From Eledone cirrhosa (lineage: Eukaryota), in the NCBI GenBank assembly GCA_964016885.1, contig OZ024743.1:183458001-183522000 (forward strand): 64,000 nt of DNA, read 5' to 3'. This document shows, piece after piece, positions 25,201-37,878 of the stretch. The translations under genes and the position numbers were made by a program. The notes under the pieces are model-generated. The model made no database searches. It was not told where the DNA came from and saw only the letters and a program-made list of their open reading frames with translations. Every line of letters begins with the position of its first letter. Position 1 is the first letter of the stretch.

Positions 25201-28200
25201 AGTGACAACTTCAATGGTGTAAACCTTACAGAATGACAACTTCAATGGTGAAAACCTTACAGAGTTACAACTTCAATGGTGAAAACCTTACAGAATGACA
25301 ACTTCAATGGTGAAAACCTTACAGAATGACAACTTCAATGGTGTAAACCTTACAGAATGACAACTTCAATGGTGTAAACCTTACAGAATGACAACTTCAA
25401 TGGTGTAAACCTTACAGAATGACAACTTCAATGGTGAAAACCTTACAGAGTGACAACTTCAATGGTATAAACCTTACAGAATGACAACTTCAATGGTGTA
25501 AACCTTACAGAATGACAACTTCAATGGTGTAAACCTTACAGAATGACAACTTCAATGGTGTAAACCTTACAGAATGACAACTTCAATGGTGTAAACCTTA
25601 CAGAATGACAACTTCAATGGTGAAAACCTTACAGAATGACAACTTCAATGGTGAAAACCTTACAGAATGACAACTTCAATGGTGTAAACCTTACAGAGTG
25701 ACAACTTCAATGGTATAAACCTTACAGAGTGACAACTTCAATGGTGTAAACCTTACAGAGTGACAACTTCAGTGGTGTAAACCTTACAGAATGACAACTT
25801 CAATGGTATAAACCTTACAGAGTGACAACTTCAATGGTATAAACCTTACAGAGTGACAACTTCAATGGTGTAAACCTTACAGAATGACAACTTCAATGGT
25901 ATAAACCTTACAGAATGACAACTTCAATGGTATAAACCTTACAGAATGACAACTTCAATGGTGTAAACCTTACAGAGTGACAACTTCAATGGTATAAACC
26001 TTACAGAATGACAACTTCAATGGTGTAAACCTTACAGAGTGACAACTTCAATGGTATAAACCTTACAGAGTGACAACTTCAATGGTATAAACCTTACAGA
26101 GTGACAACTTCAATGGTGTAAACCTTACAGAATGACAACTTCAATGGTATAAACCTTACAGAATGACAACTTCAATGGTATAAACCTTACAGAGTGACAA
26201 CTTCAATGGTGTAAACCTTACAGAATGACAACTTCAATGGTATAAACCTTACAGAATGACAACTTCAATGGTATAAACCTTACAGAGTGACAACTTCAAT
26301 GGTGTAAACCTTACAGAATGACAACTTCAATGGTATAAACCTTACAGAATGACAACTTCAATGGTGTAAACCTTACAGAGTGACAACTTCAATGGTATAA
26401 ACCTTACAGAGTGACAACTTCAATGGTATAAACCTTACAGAGTGACAACTTCAATGGTGTAAACCTTACAGAATGACAACTTCAATGGTGTAAACCTTAC
26501 AGAATGACAACTTCAATGGTATAAACCTTACAGAGTGACAACTTCAATGGTGTAAACCTTACAGAATGACAACTTCAATGGTGTAAACCTTACAGAATGA
26601 CAACTTCAATGGTATAAACCTTACAGAGTGACAACTTCAATGGTGTAAACCTTACAGAATGACAACTTCAATGGTGAAAACCTTACAGAATGACAACTTC
26701 AATGGTGTAAACCTTACAGAATGACAACTTCAATGGTGTAAACCTTACAGAATGACAACTTCAATGGTGTAAACCTTACAGAATGACAACTTCAATGGTA
26801 TAAACCTTACAGAGTGACAACTTCAATGGTATAAACCTTACAGAGTGACAACTTCAATGGTGTAAACCTTACAGAATGACAACTTCAATGGTGTAAACCT
26901 TACAGAATGACAACTTCAATGGTGTAAACCTTACAGAGTTACAACTTCAATGGTGTAAACCTTACAGAATGACAACTTCAATGGTGTAAACCTTACAGAA
27001 TGACAACTTCAATGGTGTAAACCTTACAGAATGACAACTTCAATGGTGTAAACCTTACAGAGTGACAACTTCAATGGTGTAAACCTTACAGAGTGACAAC
27101 TTCAACGGTGAAAACCTTACAGAATGACAACTTCAATGGTGTAAACCTTACAGAATGACAACTTTAATGGTGTAAACCTTACAGAATGACAACTTCAATG
27201 GTGTAAACCTTACAGAGTGACAACTTCAATGGTGTAAACCTTACAGAGTGACAACTTCAATGGTGTAAACCTTACAGAATGACAACTTCAATTGTGTAAA
27301 CCTTACAGAATGACAACTTCAATGGTGTAAACCTTACAGAATGACAACTTCAATGGTGTAAACCTTACAGAATGACAACTTCAATGGTGTAAACCTTACA
27401 GAGTGACAACTTCAATGGTGTAAACCTTACAGAATGACAACTTCAATGGTGTAAACCTTACAGAGTGACAACTTTAATGGTGAAAACCTTACAGAATGAC
27501 AACTTCAATGGTGTAAACCTTACAGAATGACAACTTCAATGGTGTAAAAGTTACAGAATGACAACTTTAATGGTGTAAACCTTAGGAAGTGACAACTTCA
27601 ATGGTGTAAACCTTACAGAGTGACAACTTCAATGGTGTAAACCTTACAGAGTGACAACTTCAATGGTGTAAACCTTACAGAATGACAACTTCAATGGTGA
27701 AAACCTTACAGAATGACAACTTCAATGGTGAAAACCTTACAGAGTGACAACTTCAATGGTTAAAACGTTACAGAATGACAACTTCAATGGTGAAAACCTT
27801 ACAGAGTGACAACTTCAATGGTGTAAACCTTAGGAAGTGACAACTTTAATGGTGTAAACCTTACAGAATAACAACTTCAATGGTGAAAACCTTACAGAGT
27901 GACAACTCCAATGGTATAAATCTTACAGAGTGACAACTTCAATGGTGTAAACCTTACAGAATGACAACTTCAATGGTGTAAACCTTACAGAATGACAACT
28001 TCAATGGTGTAAACCTTACAGAATGACAACTTCAATGGTGTAAACCTTACAGAGTGACAACTTCAATGGTGTAAACCTTACAGAATGACAACTTCAATGG
28101 TGTAAACCTTACAGAATGACAACTTCAATGGTATAAACCTTACAGAGTGACAACTTCAATGGTATAAATCTTACAGAGTGACAACTTCAATGGTGTAAAC

Positions 28201-31061
28201 CTTACAGAATGACAACTTCAATGGTGAAAACCTTACAGAGTTACAACTTCAATGGTGAAAACCTTACAGAATGACAACTTCAATGGTGAAAACCTTACAG
28301 AATGACAACTTCAATGGTGTAAACCTTACAGAATGACAACTTCAATGGTGTAAACCTTACAGAATGACAACTTCAATGGTGTAAACCTTACAGAATGACA
28401 ACTTCAATGGTGAAAACCTTACAGAGTGACAACTTCAATGGTATAAACCTTACAGAGTGACAACTTCAATGGTGTAAACCTTACAGAGTGACAACTTCAG
28501 TGGTGTAAACCTTACAGAATGACAACTTCAATGGTATAAACCTTACAGAGTGACAACTTCAATGGTATAAACCTTACAGAGTGACAACTTCAATGGTGTA
28601 AACCTTACAGAATGACAACTTCAATGGTATAAACCTTACAGAATGACAACTTCAATGGTATAAACCTTACAGAGTGACAACTTCAATGGTGTAAACCTTA
28701 CAGAATGACAACTTCAATGGTATAAACCTTACAGAATGACAACTTCAATGGTGTAAACCTTACAGAGTGACAACTTCAATGGTATAAACCTTACAGAGTG
28801 ACAACTTCAATGGTATAAACCTTACAGAGTGACAACTTCAATGGTGTAAACCTTACAGAATGACAACTTCAATGGTATAAACCTTACAGAATGACAACTT
28901 CAATGGTATAAACCTTACAGAGTGACAACTTCAATGGTGTAAACCTTACAGAATGACAACTTCAATGGTATAAACCTTACAGAATGACAACTTCAATGGT
29001 ATAAACCTTACAGAGTGACAACTTCAATGGTGTAAACCTTACAGAATGACAACTTCAATGGTATAAACCTTACAGAATGACAACTTCAATGGTGTAAACC
29101 TTACAGAGTGACAACTTCAATGGTATAAACCTTACAGAGTGACAACTTCAATGGTATAAACCTTACAGAGTGACAACTTCAATGGTGTAAACCTTACAGA
29201 ATGACAACTTCAATGGTGTAAACCTTACAGAATGACAACTTCAATGGTATAAACCTTACAGAGTGACAACTTCAATGGTGTAAACCTTACAGAATGACAA
29301 CTTCAATGGTGTAAACCTTACAGAATGACAACTTCAATGGTATAAACCTTACAGAGTGACAACTTCAATGGTGTAAACCTTACAGAATGACAACTTCAAT
29401 GGTGAAAACCTTACAGAATGACAACTTCAATGGTGTAAACCTTACAGAATGACAACTTCAATGGTGTAAACCTTACAGAATGACAACTTCAATGGTGTAA
29501 ACCTTACAGAATGACAACTTCAATGGTATAAACCTTACAGAGTGACAACTTCAATGGTATAAACCTTACAGAGTGACAACTTCAATGGTGTAAACCTTAC
29601 AGAATGACAACTTCAATGGTGTAAACCTTACAGAATGACAACTTCAATGGTGTAAACCTTACAGAGTTACAACTTCAATGGTGTAAACCTTACAGAATGA
29701 CAACTTCAATGGTGTAAACCTTACAGAATGACAACTTCAATGGTGTAAACCTTACAGAATGACAACTTCAATGGTGTAAACCTTACAGAGTGACAACTTC
29801 AATGGTGTAAACCTTACAGAGTGACAACTTCAACGGTGAAAACCTTACAGAATGACAACTTCAATGGTGTAAACCTTACAGAATGACAACTTTAATGGTG
29901 TAAACCTTACAGAATGACAACTTCAATGGTGTAAACCTTACAGAGTGACAACTTCAATGGTGTAAACCTTACAGAGTGACAACTTCAATGGTGAAAACCT
30001 TACAGAATGACAACTTCAATGGTGTAAACCTTACAGAGTGACAACTTCAATGGTGTAAACCTTACAGAATGACAACTTCAATGGTGTAAACCTTACAGAG
30101 TGACAACTTTAATGGTGAAAACCTTACAGAATGACAACTTCAATGGTGTAAACCTTACAGAATGACAACTTCAATGGTGTAAAAGTTACAGAATGACAAC
30201 TTTAATGGTGTAAACCTTAGGAAGTGACAACTTCAATGGTGTAAACCTTACAGAGTGACAACTTCAATGGTGTAAACCTTACAGAGTGACAACTTCAATG
30301 GTGTAAACCTTACAGAATGACAACTTCAATGGTGAAAACCTTACAGAATGACAACTTCAATGGTGAAAACCTTACAGAGTGACAACTTCAATGGTTAAAA
30401 CGTTACAGAATGACAACTTCAATGGTGAAAACCTTACAGAGTGACAACTTCAATGGTGTAAACCTTAGGAAGTGACAACTTTAATGGTGTAAACCTTACA
30501 GAATAACAACTTCAATGGTGAAAACCTTACAGAGTGACAACTCCAATGGTGTAAACCAAAGGTTCTCAACGGGGGGGGGGGGGGGGGGGGGGGGCATATG
30601 CACCCCCCAGGGGGCGTTTCGGAAATCCAGGGGGGCGTTTGGGAGCAAGGGGGCATTAGGGGGGGGGGGGGGGGGGCGTTTGGAGTGCACTGGAAGGCTC
30701 TTTACTTTGGTAAATTTTATAAGCCATATTTGTATGTCTTTGAGACAGCCAGTGTGAATGCATTTGAATGAGCATGCAAACAGCATAACTATGGTCTGAC
30801 TGCAGCTGTGAGTAGGTGTGCAGGCGTGTTTAGACATTAACCAGCAATTGAGATCCTAACAATGGAAAAACCCACAGTCAACTGGGTCAAGGACACTTCA
30901 ATCGCAGCCAGTTAAAATCTTGTCTTTCCTTCACCGATAACAATGTATTTCATGTCTGAAATTATTGACTCAACTGTAACGAGTTAACACTATGTAGATA
31001 TATTTTATTTCCTATTGTATAAATAATATTACAAATAAAAAAAAGAAAAAAAAAACACAGA

Positions 31062-31300
31062 AGCGGGTAGCACACACATCTAGGACCACATACAACACAT
31101 AATCAGATAATACACACATCTAGGACCACATACAACACATAAGCAGGTAATACACACATCTAGGACCACATACAACACATAAGGAGGTAATACACACATC
31201 TAGGACCACATGCAATACATAAGCAGGTAATACATACATCTAGGACTACCTACAACACACAGGCAGGTAATACATACATCTAGGACCAAATACAACACAC
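31062..31300. repeat. 40-bp minisatellite (6 copies) inside the hAT element
   Basis: CTAGGAC at 31080, 31120, 31160, 31200, 31240 and 31280. Confidence 0.92.
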
Positions 31301-32377
31301 ATTGTATCATGTGCTACGGACGACGCTAGAGCAATGGTCGGCCAACATAAGGGTTCCATCACTCTTCTGAAGAGAGAAAATCTATCTGTATTTGTTGTTC
31401 ATTGTGTCATTCATCGACAACACTTGGCTGTGAAGAAACTCAGCAAGCCAGTGAGCAAGTCCTTGCAGGTGGCCCTTGATGTCATTAATTTTATCAAATG
31501 GCATTCCCTCAATGAACGAATTTTCCGGCAACTGTGCCAAGATAATGACGAAGAATTCGTCAAGTTGCTCCTTCATAATGAAGTGAGGTGGCTTTCAAAG
31601 GGCAAGTGCCTTACTCACTTCTTTGAACTGTTGGACTCTATCATTGAGTTTCTGCAAGGACGCAACACAGAACTGTACAAGAAAACCCTCGATGTGAGGC
31701 AAGACTGTGCCTACCTCACCGACATCTTGGACAAATGCAATATCATCATTTTGGTTTTGCAGGGGAAGAAGATCACCTTGCTTAAAGAAACATTCCTGGC
31801 CAAATTGAATGTCATCGAAAGGAATCTTTGTTGACGGGAATTCTATAATTTTCCAAGTGTTGCCAATGTTCAAAACATTGTAAGCGATGACCAACTCCAA
31901 ATTTATACCGCTCACCTCCGTGCGCTACAAGACAACATGAGAGAACGGTTTGTCGACCTTTTGCTGATGGACATCCCAATGTGGGTAGCAGATCCCTTCA
32001 CAGCTAACGTCGATGATTTGGACGTTATATTTCAGGAAGAATTCATTGAACTTCAAGCAGATGACATGATCAAAATTAGATTTCCCAAAATAGGTGAACC
32101 CCTTTTTTGGATGCAAGAGGAAATTCAGCGTCGATTTCCACACCTACATGCAGAGGCTAAGAGATTTGCTCTGCCTTTACCAAGCTCATACTTAGTCAAG
32201 AGGAGGTTTGGTGCTGTTTCCAGACTGCACAGTAAGGCTCGCAACCGCTACAATGTAATTACATGTGGAGATCTCCGGCTACATCTTATGAAAATCCAGC
32301 CTGACGTCAAAGAGTTAGCTAGACTCCATAAAGTTCAAGGGTCCCATTCAAATGAGGTCAAAGTTAAAGTAAGTTGA
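31301..32377 (+). pseudogene. hAT transposase pseudogene (C-terminal half)
   Basis: IVSCATDDARAMVG, HCVIHRQHL (CxxH), EVRWLSKG, dimerization region SSYLVKRRFGAV. One in-frame TGA at 31832-31834 joins two same-frame ORFs. N-terminus is missing. Confidence 0.92.
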
Positions 32378-34697
32378 TTTATCCGAAAACTTAGATATGC
32401 TATTGTTACAAAGCAAACTAACAATTTTTTTAATTTGTAGTTGCAGTCTGACTGGACTGGAAACCATCTACTAGAATTCACTTACTCATTTGTTGTATAT
32501 ATTTTACCATTTACTAATAAATATACCCTTTCGCGTGGTCATGAAAACCCTCTTCCGTGGTCTCTAAGCTCACAAAGCAGAGGGGACATCAAGTTAGATA
32601 TCAACATTTATTCTGTCTGTTTCATTAAAGGGAAAATTGGAAAGCTTTTTGGATAGACAGAGTTGCTCTTGTATAAATATTCAAAATAGTTGGTATCGCC
32701 TGGTGGGAATATAACAAATTCAACTGGTCCTTATTCATAAAAAAGAACATTTATGTTCCTTTTTTTGAAATTTATATATTTCCTTTCAAGGAATGTATTT
32801 ATACTCTCAGCTGCCTGCAATGGTATCTTTGGAATATTGTTAATCAATTTTTTAGTAATCTACAGATATCAAAATCAATAGTATTTTGAAAAATGGAAAA
32901 ATAGGGTAGGGGGCGTTTCGTGATTTTGAGGGACAAAAGGGGGCGTTTGGCCTAAATGGGTTGAGAACCTGTGGTGTAAACCTTAGGAAGTGACAACTTT
33001 GATGGTGTAAACCTTACAGAATGACAACTTCAATGGCGTAAACCTTACAGAATGACAACTTTAATGGTGTAAACCTTACAGAGTGACAACTTTAATGGTG
33101 TAAACCTTACAGAGTGACAACTTTGATGGTGTAAACCTTACATAATGACAACTTTAATGGTGTAAACCTTACATAATGACAACTTTAATGGTGTAAACCT
33201 TACAGAGTGACAACTTCAATGGTGTAAACCTTACAAAGTGACAACTTTGATGGTGTAACCTTACAAAATGAGACCTTCAATGGTGTAAACCTAACAGAGT
33301 GACACCTTCAATGAAAAGGTCTTGTGACCACATCTCTAACAAAATACATGAAAAAGTTAGGAAGACTTTAGTAAAATAACTTTTTTTCATTCATTGGTAT
33401 ATGAGACCACAAACTACCAAAAGATTATTCTACAAAATTATGTTTTGGTCAGTAAAGGCAGAAGTGGTCAGTACATTAGTATGGGCATTTAATATGAATA
33501 GATGACATATGTTGAGTGAATAAATGTATCTATTGTCTAGGGGTTGGGCTGATGATGAATGTATCTATTGTGTAGGAGTTGGACTGAGGATGAATTAGAA
33601 AGATCTAATGTACCTATAAGATCTTATATAGAACAATGTATCTATTAGATATTATATAAAACAATGTACCTATTAGATATTATATAGAACAATGTACCTA
33701 TAAGATCTTATATAGAACAATGTACCTATATATTGATTCACAATAACTGATTTAATAAATAAGGTGTGGTAATTTATTACTTCATATTGATTACCTATTT
33801 CCTGAATAGTCACACACACACACATGTTGTGGTTGATAAGCTTCAGTCAGTTCCGATGATCTTTCAGTTGTTAGAACTATGAAACAGCTTGCTCATGAAG
33901 TTAAAGTAAAAGTGGCTGTGTATTCCACAGACATGTGTACCCTTAACACAGTTCACGTGGAAATTCAACATGACATTTTGTGTGATAAAGCTATCTCTGA
34001 ATTACAGGTACAACACATTCCAGTAGATTGGAGCAACATGAAATAAAGTGTCTTGTTAAAGGTCACAATGCTCCCCTGGAATTCAATCTCACACCTTTGC
34101 GATTATATATATATAGTTGGTAATCCATAATAAGTTGTGTTGTAATGTCTCATTGATAAATAGGTGTAAACAGGTAAGAGCACTCAATATCAGGTTATCT
34201 AACCAGTATAACAGTGGAGATCAGATGTGACAGAGTTTCTATAAATCAAATACATGTTAAAACAGATATTACATAATTTTATTTATTGGATTATGTAACA
34301 CGTCTTAACATTTATTCCATCTATTTATCTCTCAATCTGATTGCCTGCCTGCCTATCTCTCTATCTATAAAACTGTATTGCAGCCCCCCCCCCCCCCCCC
34401 CACCAAAGCCAACATATATTCAAATTGTTCCAAGCCTTTGTACATTAGCCAAATGTTGTATAATATATATTTATATGAAATACACACATACAAAATACCA
34501 AAAATTATTTTTATTATAAAATTATAGGTGAGTATGCATGTATATATATATATATATAAATGCAGAGTAAATTCCTTTCTAACTAAGCTGCGTGAGAAAA
34601 CTATGTGTTAAATTTAGATCGAGATATCATTGATTGTGATTTCTTTCAAGGTTGGACAATATTGAAATGATTAATACTGAAATGCTTTCCCTTCCAG

Positions 34698-34781
34698 TTC
34701 CGGAGACCATTGCCACCTCGGAACCGGACAAAATCCAACCGTATTTCCAGAAAGGTTCTTCCAACCATTGAAGGCAATGAT
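34698..34781 (+). CDS. Glu-rich protein gene, exon
   Basis: CTTTCCCTTCCAG acceptor, FRRPLPPRNRTKSNRISRKVLPTIEGND, GTAAGT donor. Phase 0 to 0. Confidence 0.75.
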
Positions 34782-35053
34782 GTAAGTTTTTAAAGTTATT
34801 TTTAATTGTTACAATTTAAAATAATGTACCGATAATAACAATGATGATGATGATAATGTTGATGATAACAATGATGATGATGATGACGACGTGATAATTA
34901 CAATGATGATAATGATAACGATGATGACAAAATGATCATCCCTCCAATTTTCCTGCTAATCTATCAACACTACCACCATTTTTACATTCATTTTGGCAGC
35001 TTGGGAACATTTTCAATTTATCTCTTTCTCTGTTTTTTTTTTTTAATTTGCAG

Positions 35054-35576
35054 TCAGAATTTATTTGTCATGAAGGCAAAGACGCAGTCCATTCCATGGA
35101 ACAGACGACAGATTACAAGGATGTCAAAGAGAAAACACACAGCAAGCTGTTACCAATTGTTCTCACAGACAAAATTAGAAAGAATACTAAAAAGAATCGT
35201 AGTAGAAGTAATAGCAGTAGCAGCAGTAGCAGCAGCAGTAGTAGCAGTAGTAGTAGCAAGAGCAGCACTGACAAAGAGCACAATAATGAAATAGGAATAC
35301 TGATGACAGAGGATTTGGGTGATGTTCAGTTGATCCTCACACCAGGTACATGTTCTCATGAATATCAAATTGAAGAAACTAATGAGATGGCTTCGTGTCC
35401 CATGGAAGATTACAATGACCATCAGAATAATGATGAGACTGATGAGAAGACAGAAGGAAAATGCAAAGAAGAGGAGGAGAGTATGGAAAAGTGTGAAGAG
35501 GATATGCTTATAGAAGAGGAGAGAAACAACAAAATCTCAGAAGTAGTGGAAGAGGATAATTGTAAAATAGAAAACA
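35054..35576 (+). CDS. Glu-rich protein gene, large exon with poly-Ser
   Basis: Poly-T...TTGCAG acceptor, ORF SEFICHEGK...CKIEN, GTAAGT donor. Phase 0 to 1. Confidence 0.85.
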
Positions 35577-36210
35577 GTAAGTGAACAAAATATTTTTTAA
35601 TATCATCATTATTTTACTTGTGTGTGCTGGATTGGCAGTATTAGTAGAATGGTGGAGATAATACTTCACAGCATAGAGTTATGACCCTTTACGTTCTAAT
35701 TTCAAATGTTGCCGATGTTAGCTTTGCTTTTCATCCTTACAGGGTCGATAAAATAAAGTACCATAGTACACTGGAGTCAATAAAATAAAGTACCGGTAGC
35801 ACACTGGGTTGATTCAATCGACTCTCCCCTCCCTCAAAAATTGTTGGCCTTGTGCCTAAATCCATTATTTTACTTAGGTAGTTGTATGAAAAATTTCAGC
35901 AGTTTCAAAGGCTGAGCTTAGAAAACTTATTGAATTATATTATAAAAGACAAAGTCAGGTCAATCCTCATTTGAAAGCAACATAAAATATGTTTATTAAA
36001 TACATGGCATATCACTCTGTATGTATATTTACACATACAATTGCATGTATGCACACACACATACACTTGAATGCACACACACACACATCCATTTGAATAC
36101 ACACAAAGTTTCTGGTAAACCTGTTTTTAGATATTTCCTTTACACCAATTCAAAAGAAATTGATGCATATTTTGATGCGTGATGTTAAAACTGTGAAAAT
36201 TCTCTTCTAG

Positions 36211-36283
36211 TTACAGATGAAGATGAGAAGAAATCATTATCTGTGTCTGAAGAATCATTGACAGAAGAAGAAGCAAAAGAGAT
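36211..36283 (+). CDS. Glu-rich protein gene, exon
   Basis: TTCTCTTCTAG acceptor (alternative in-frame AG at 36215-36216), TDEDEKKSLSVSEESLTEEEAKE, GTGAGT donor. Phase 1 to 2. Confidence 0.8.
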
Positions 36284-37846
36284 GTGAGTTATCTTTTATA
36301 TAAAATTTCAATGCTAAAATACAAATTAAAAGGAAGTTATCTGACTGAAATAGCTAGCACCAAATTGGTTCCATTACTCAAACTTCTGAGTTCAAAATCC
36401 TGACAAAGTTGATAAAATAAATGCTATGTGTCTAGTTCAGATTAGGTACCCCATAAACCTGCATATTGTAAAAGGTGACTAAAAAAGGGTTGGTACCAGG
36501 AAAAGCATCCATTACTTCAAAGAGAACCTAATGATATGTATGGAACCTGTTATGGGACCTCTCCAACCCTTGATAACTCTCATCCTCCAACAGGAATCGA
36601 TTGACAAGATCCCACACCTCATTCAGTTACCAAGTGGGGTGGAACCGATCAAATTGGACTAAGGAAACAATGTTTCCATTGTTCATTTTTAAATTGGTAA
36701 TACTATTTACTGGTTGCAACTCTTGACAGAAGCAACATGAAATAAAGTGTCTTGCTCAAGGACAAGACATTACTCAGTCCAGGAATCGAACCCCTAACCT
36801 CATGAATGTGAATCCAATTCTCTAACCACTAAGTCACGCTCCTTCAAAATGTTTGTTTTGGTGGCCAAAAAAAGGGGTTGGTACCAAGAAGAGTATCCAA
36901 ATGAAAAACATTACTTCAAAGAGAACCTAATGATGTGTATAAAACTTGTCAAGGGAGCTGCAAGACTAACTCTACTTTTAATAGTATGTTAGACTGGAAA
37001 GAAAAAAAAGGATCTTGCAAAACTCCCCCAGTTTTCTGTTTCCTAAATATCAGTTTCAATATGGTCTAAATATATTAAAGAAAGTCATTCCTATCCATCT
37101 GATATAGCAAACTGCATGGAAGGTTTAGCTATGTCATTTTAATGTCTGCTTTCCTTGCTAGCAAGAATTGGACAGATCTACTAACCTTCCAGACAGGCTG
37201 GGAGTCTATTATATCTCTTTTACACAGGTCTCTTGTTCTACAGCGTACATAGAAGAGGTTGTCATGTCTGATATTATTGAAGTGTTCTCCTAAACCTTTG
37301 TTTGGTAGGCTTTCTATCACTGGATGTCTTGCCTGTCACTAACCATTTTACAATGTGTACTGGGTGGCGCTTATCAGGTAGATCAACAACACTCATGTCC
37401 TCGACACGACTGAAGGGTCCTCCTAAATCTAGTATATATCTAATTTATAGCAATACCTGAGAAATTGTTTGTAATTATATATATATAATCATTTAACATC
37501 CATTCTTCCATGTTGGCATGGTTTGGGCAGGTCAATATAGACCAAGTCCGTACTTAATCAGAGCTATTGACCTTTCAGATGGGTTGGGGGCACACATCTA
37601 GCTTGCATACATTTCAGCATTTTACTGTGGCATCAGCACTAGGGAAGTTGTGACCACAGCACAACTGAACAGTCATCTCAATCCTATGTTTAACAAGTTT
37701 CCTATGACTGGATGCCTCCCCCAACACCAACCACTTTATAGAGTGTACTGAGTGTGTGTTTTATCATGGTACCAGCACTAGAGAGGTTGACATGTCCTTG
37801 ACAAAACTGAAGAGTCCTATTATAAATATATGTTCATTTTTGACAG

Positions 37847-37878
37847 GAAAGAAGATGTAGAAGGACTGGAAGTAATAG
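37847..37878 (+). CDS. Glu-rich protein gene, 32-nt microexon
   Basis: TTTTTGACAG acceptor, (M)KEDVEGLEVI, GTAAGT donor. Phase 2 to 1, required for frame continuity. Confidence 0.75.

Larger units (their letters stand above)
30557..32973 (+). mobile_element. Defective hAT (Buster subfamily, Charlie/SPIN/ZBED5-like) DNA transposon, 2417 bp
   Basis: TIRs CAAAGGTTCTCAAC and GTTGAGAACCTGTG (13/14 match). TSD GTGTAAAC at 30549-30556 and 32974-32981. Subterminal GGGGCGTTT repeats. Confidence 0.95.
16395..33312. repeat. 31-bp satellite array (GACAACTTCAATGGTGTAAACCTTACAGAAT), ~470 monomers, interrupted at 30557-32973 by a hAT element
   Basis: Continuous 31-bp periodicity. Variant sites GT/GA/AT and A/G. 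Edges are more diverged. Lies in the 18.4-kb intron of the + gene. Confidence 0.99.

Noticed and set aside
16395-30556. Possible repeat-encoded protein in the 31-bp array
   Set aside because: The unit is not a multiple of 3 and contains TGA/TAA. No ORF >=60 aa lies wholly within the array.
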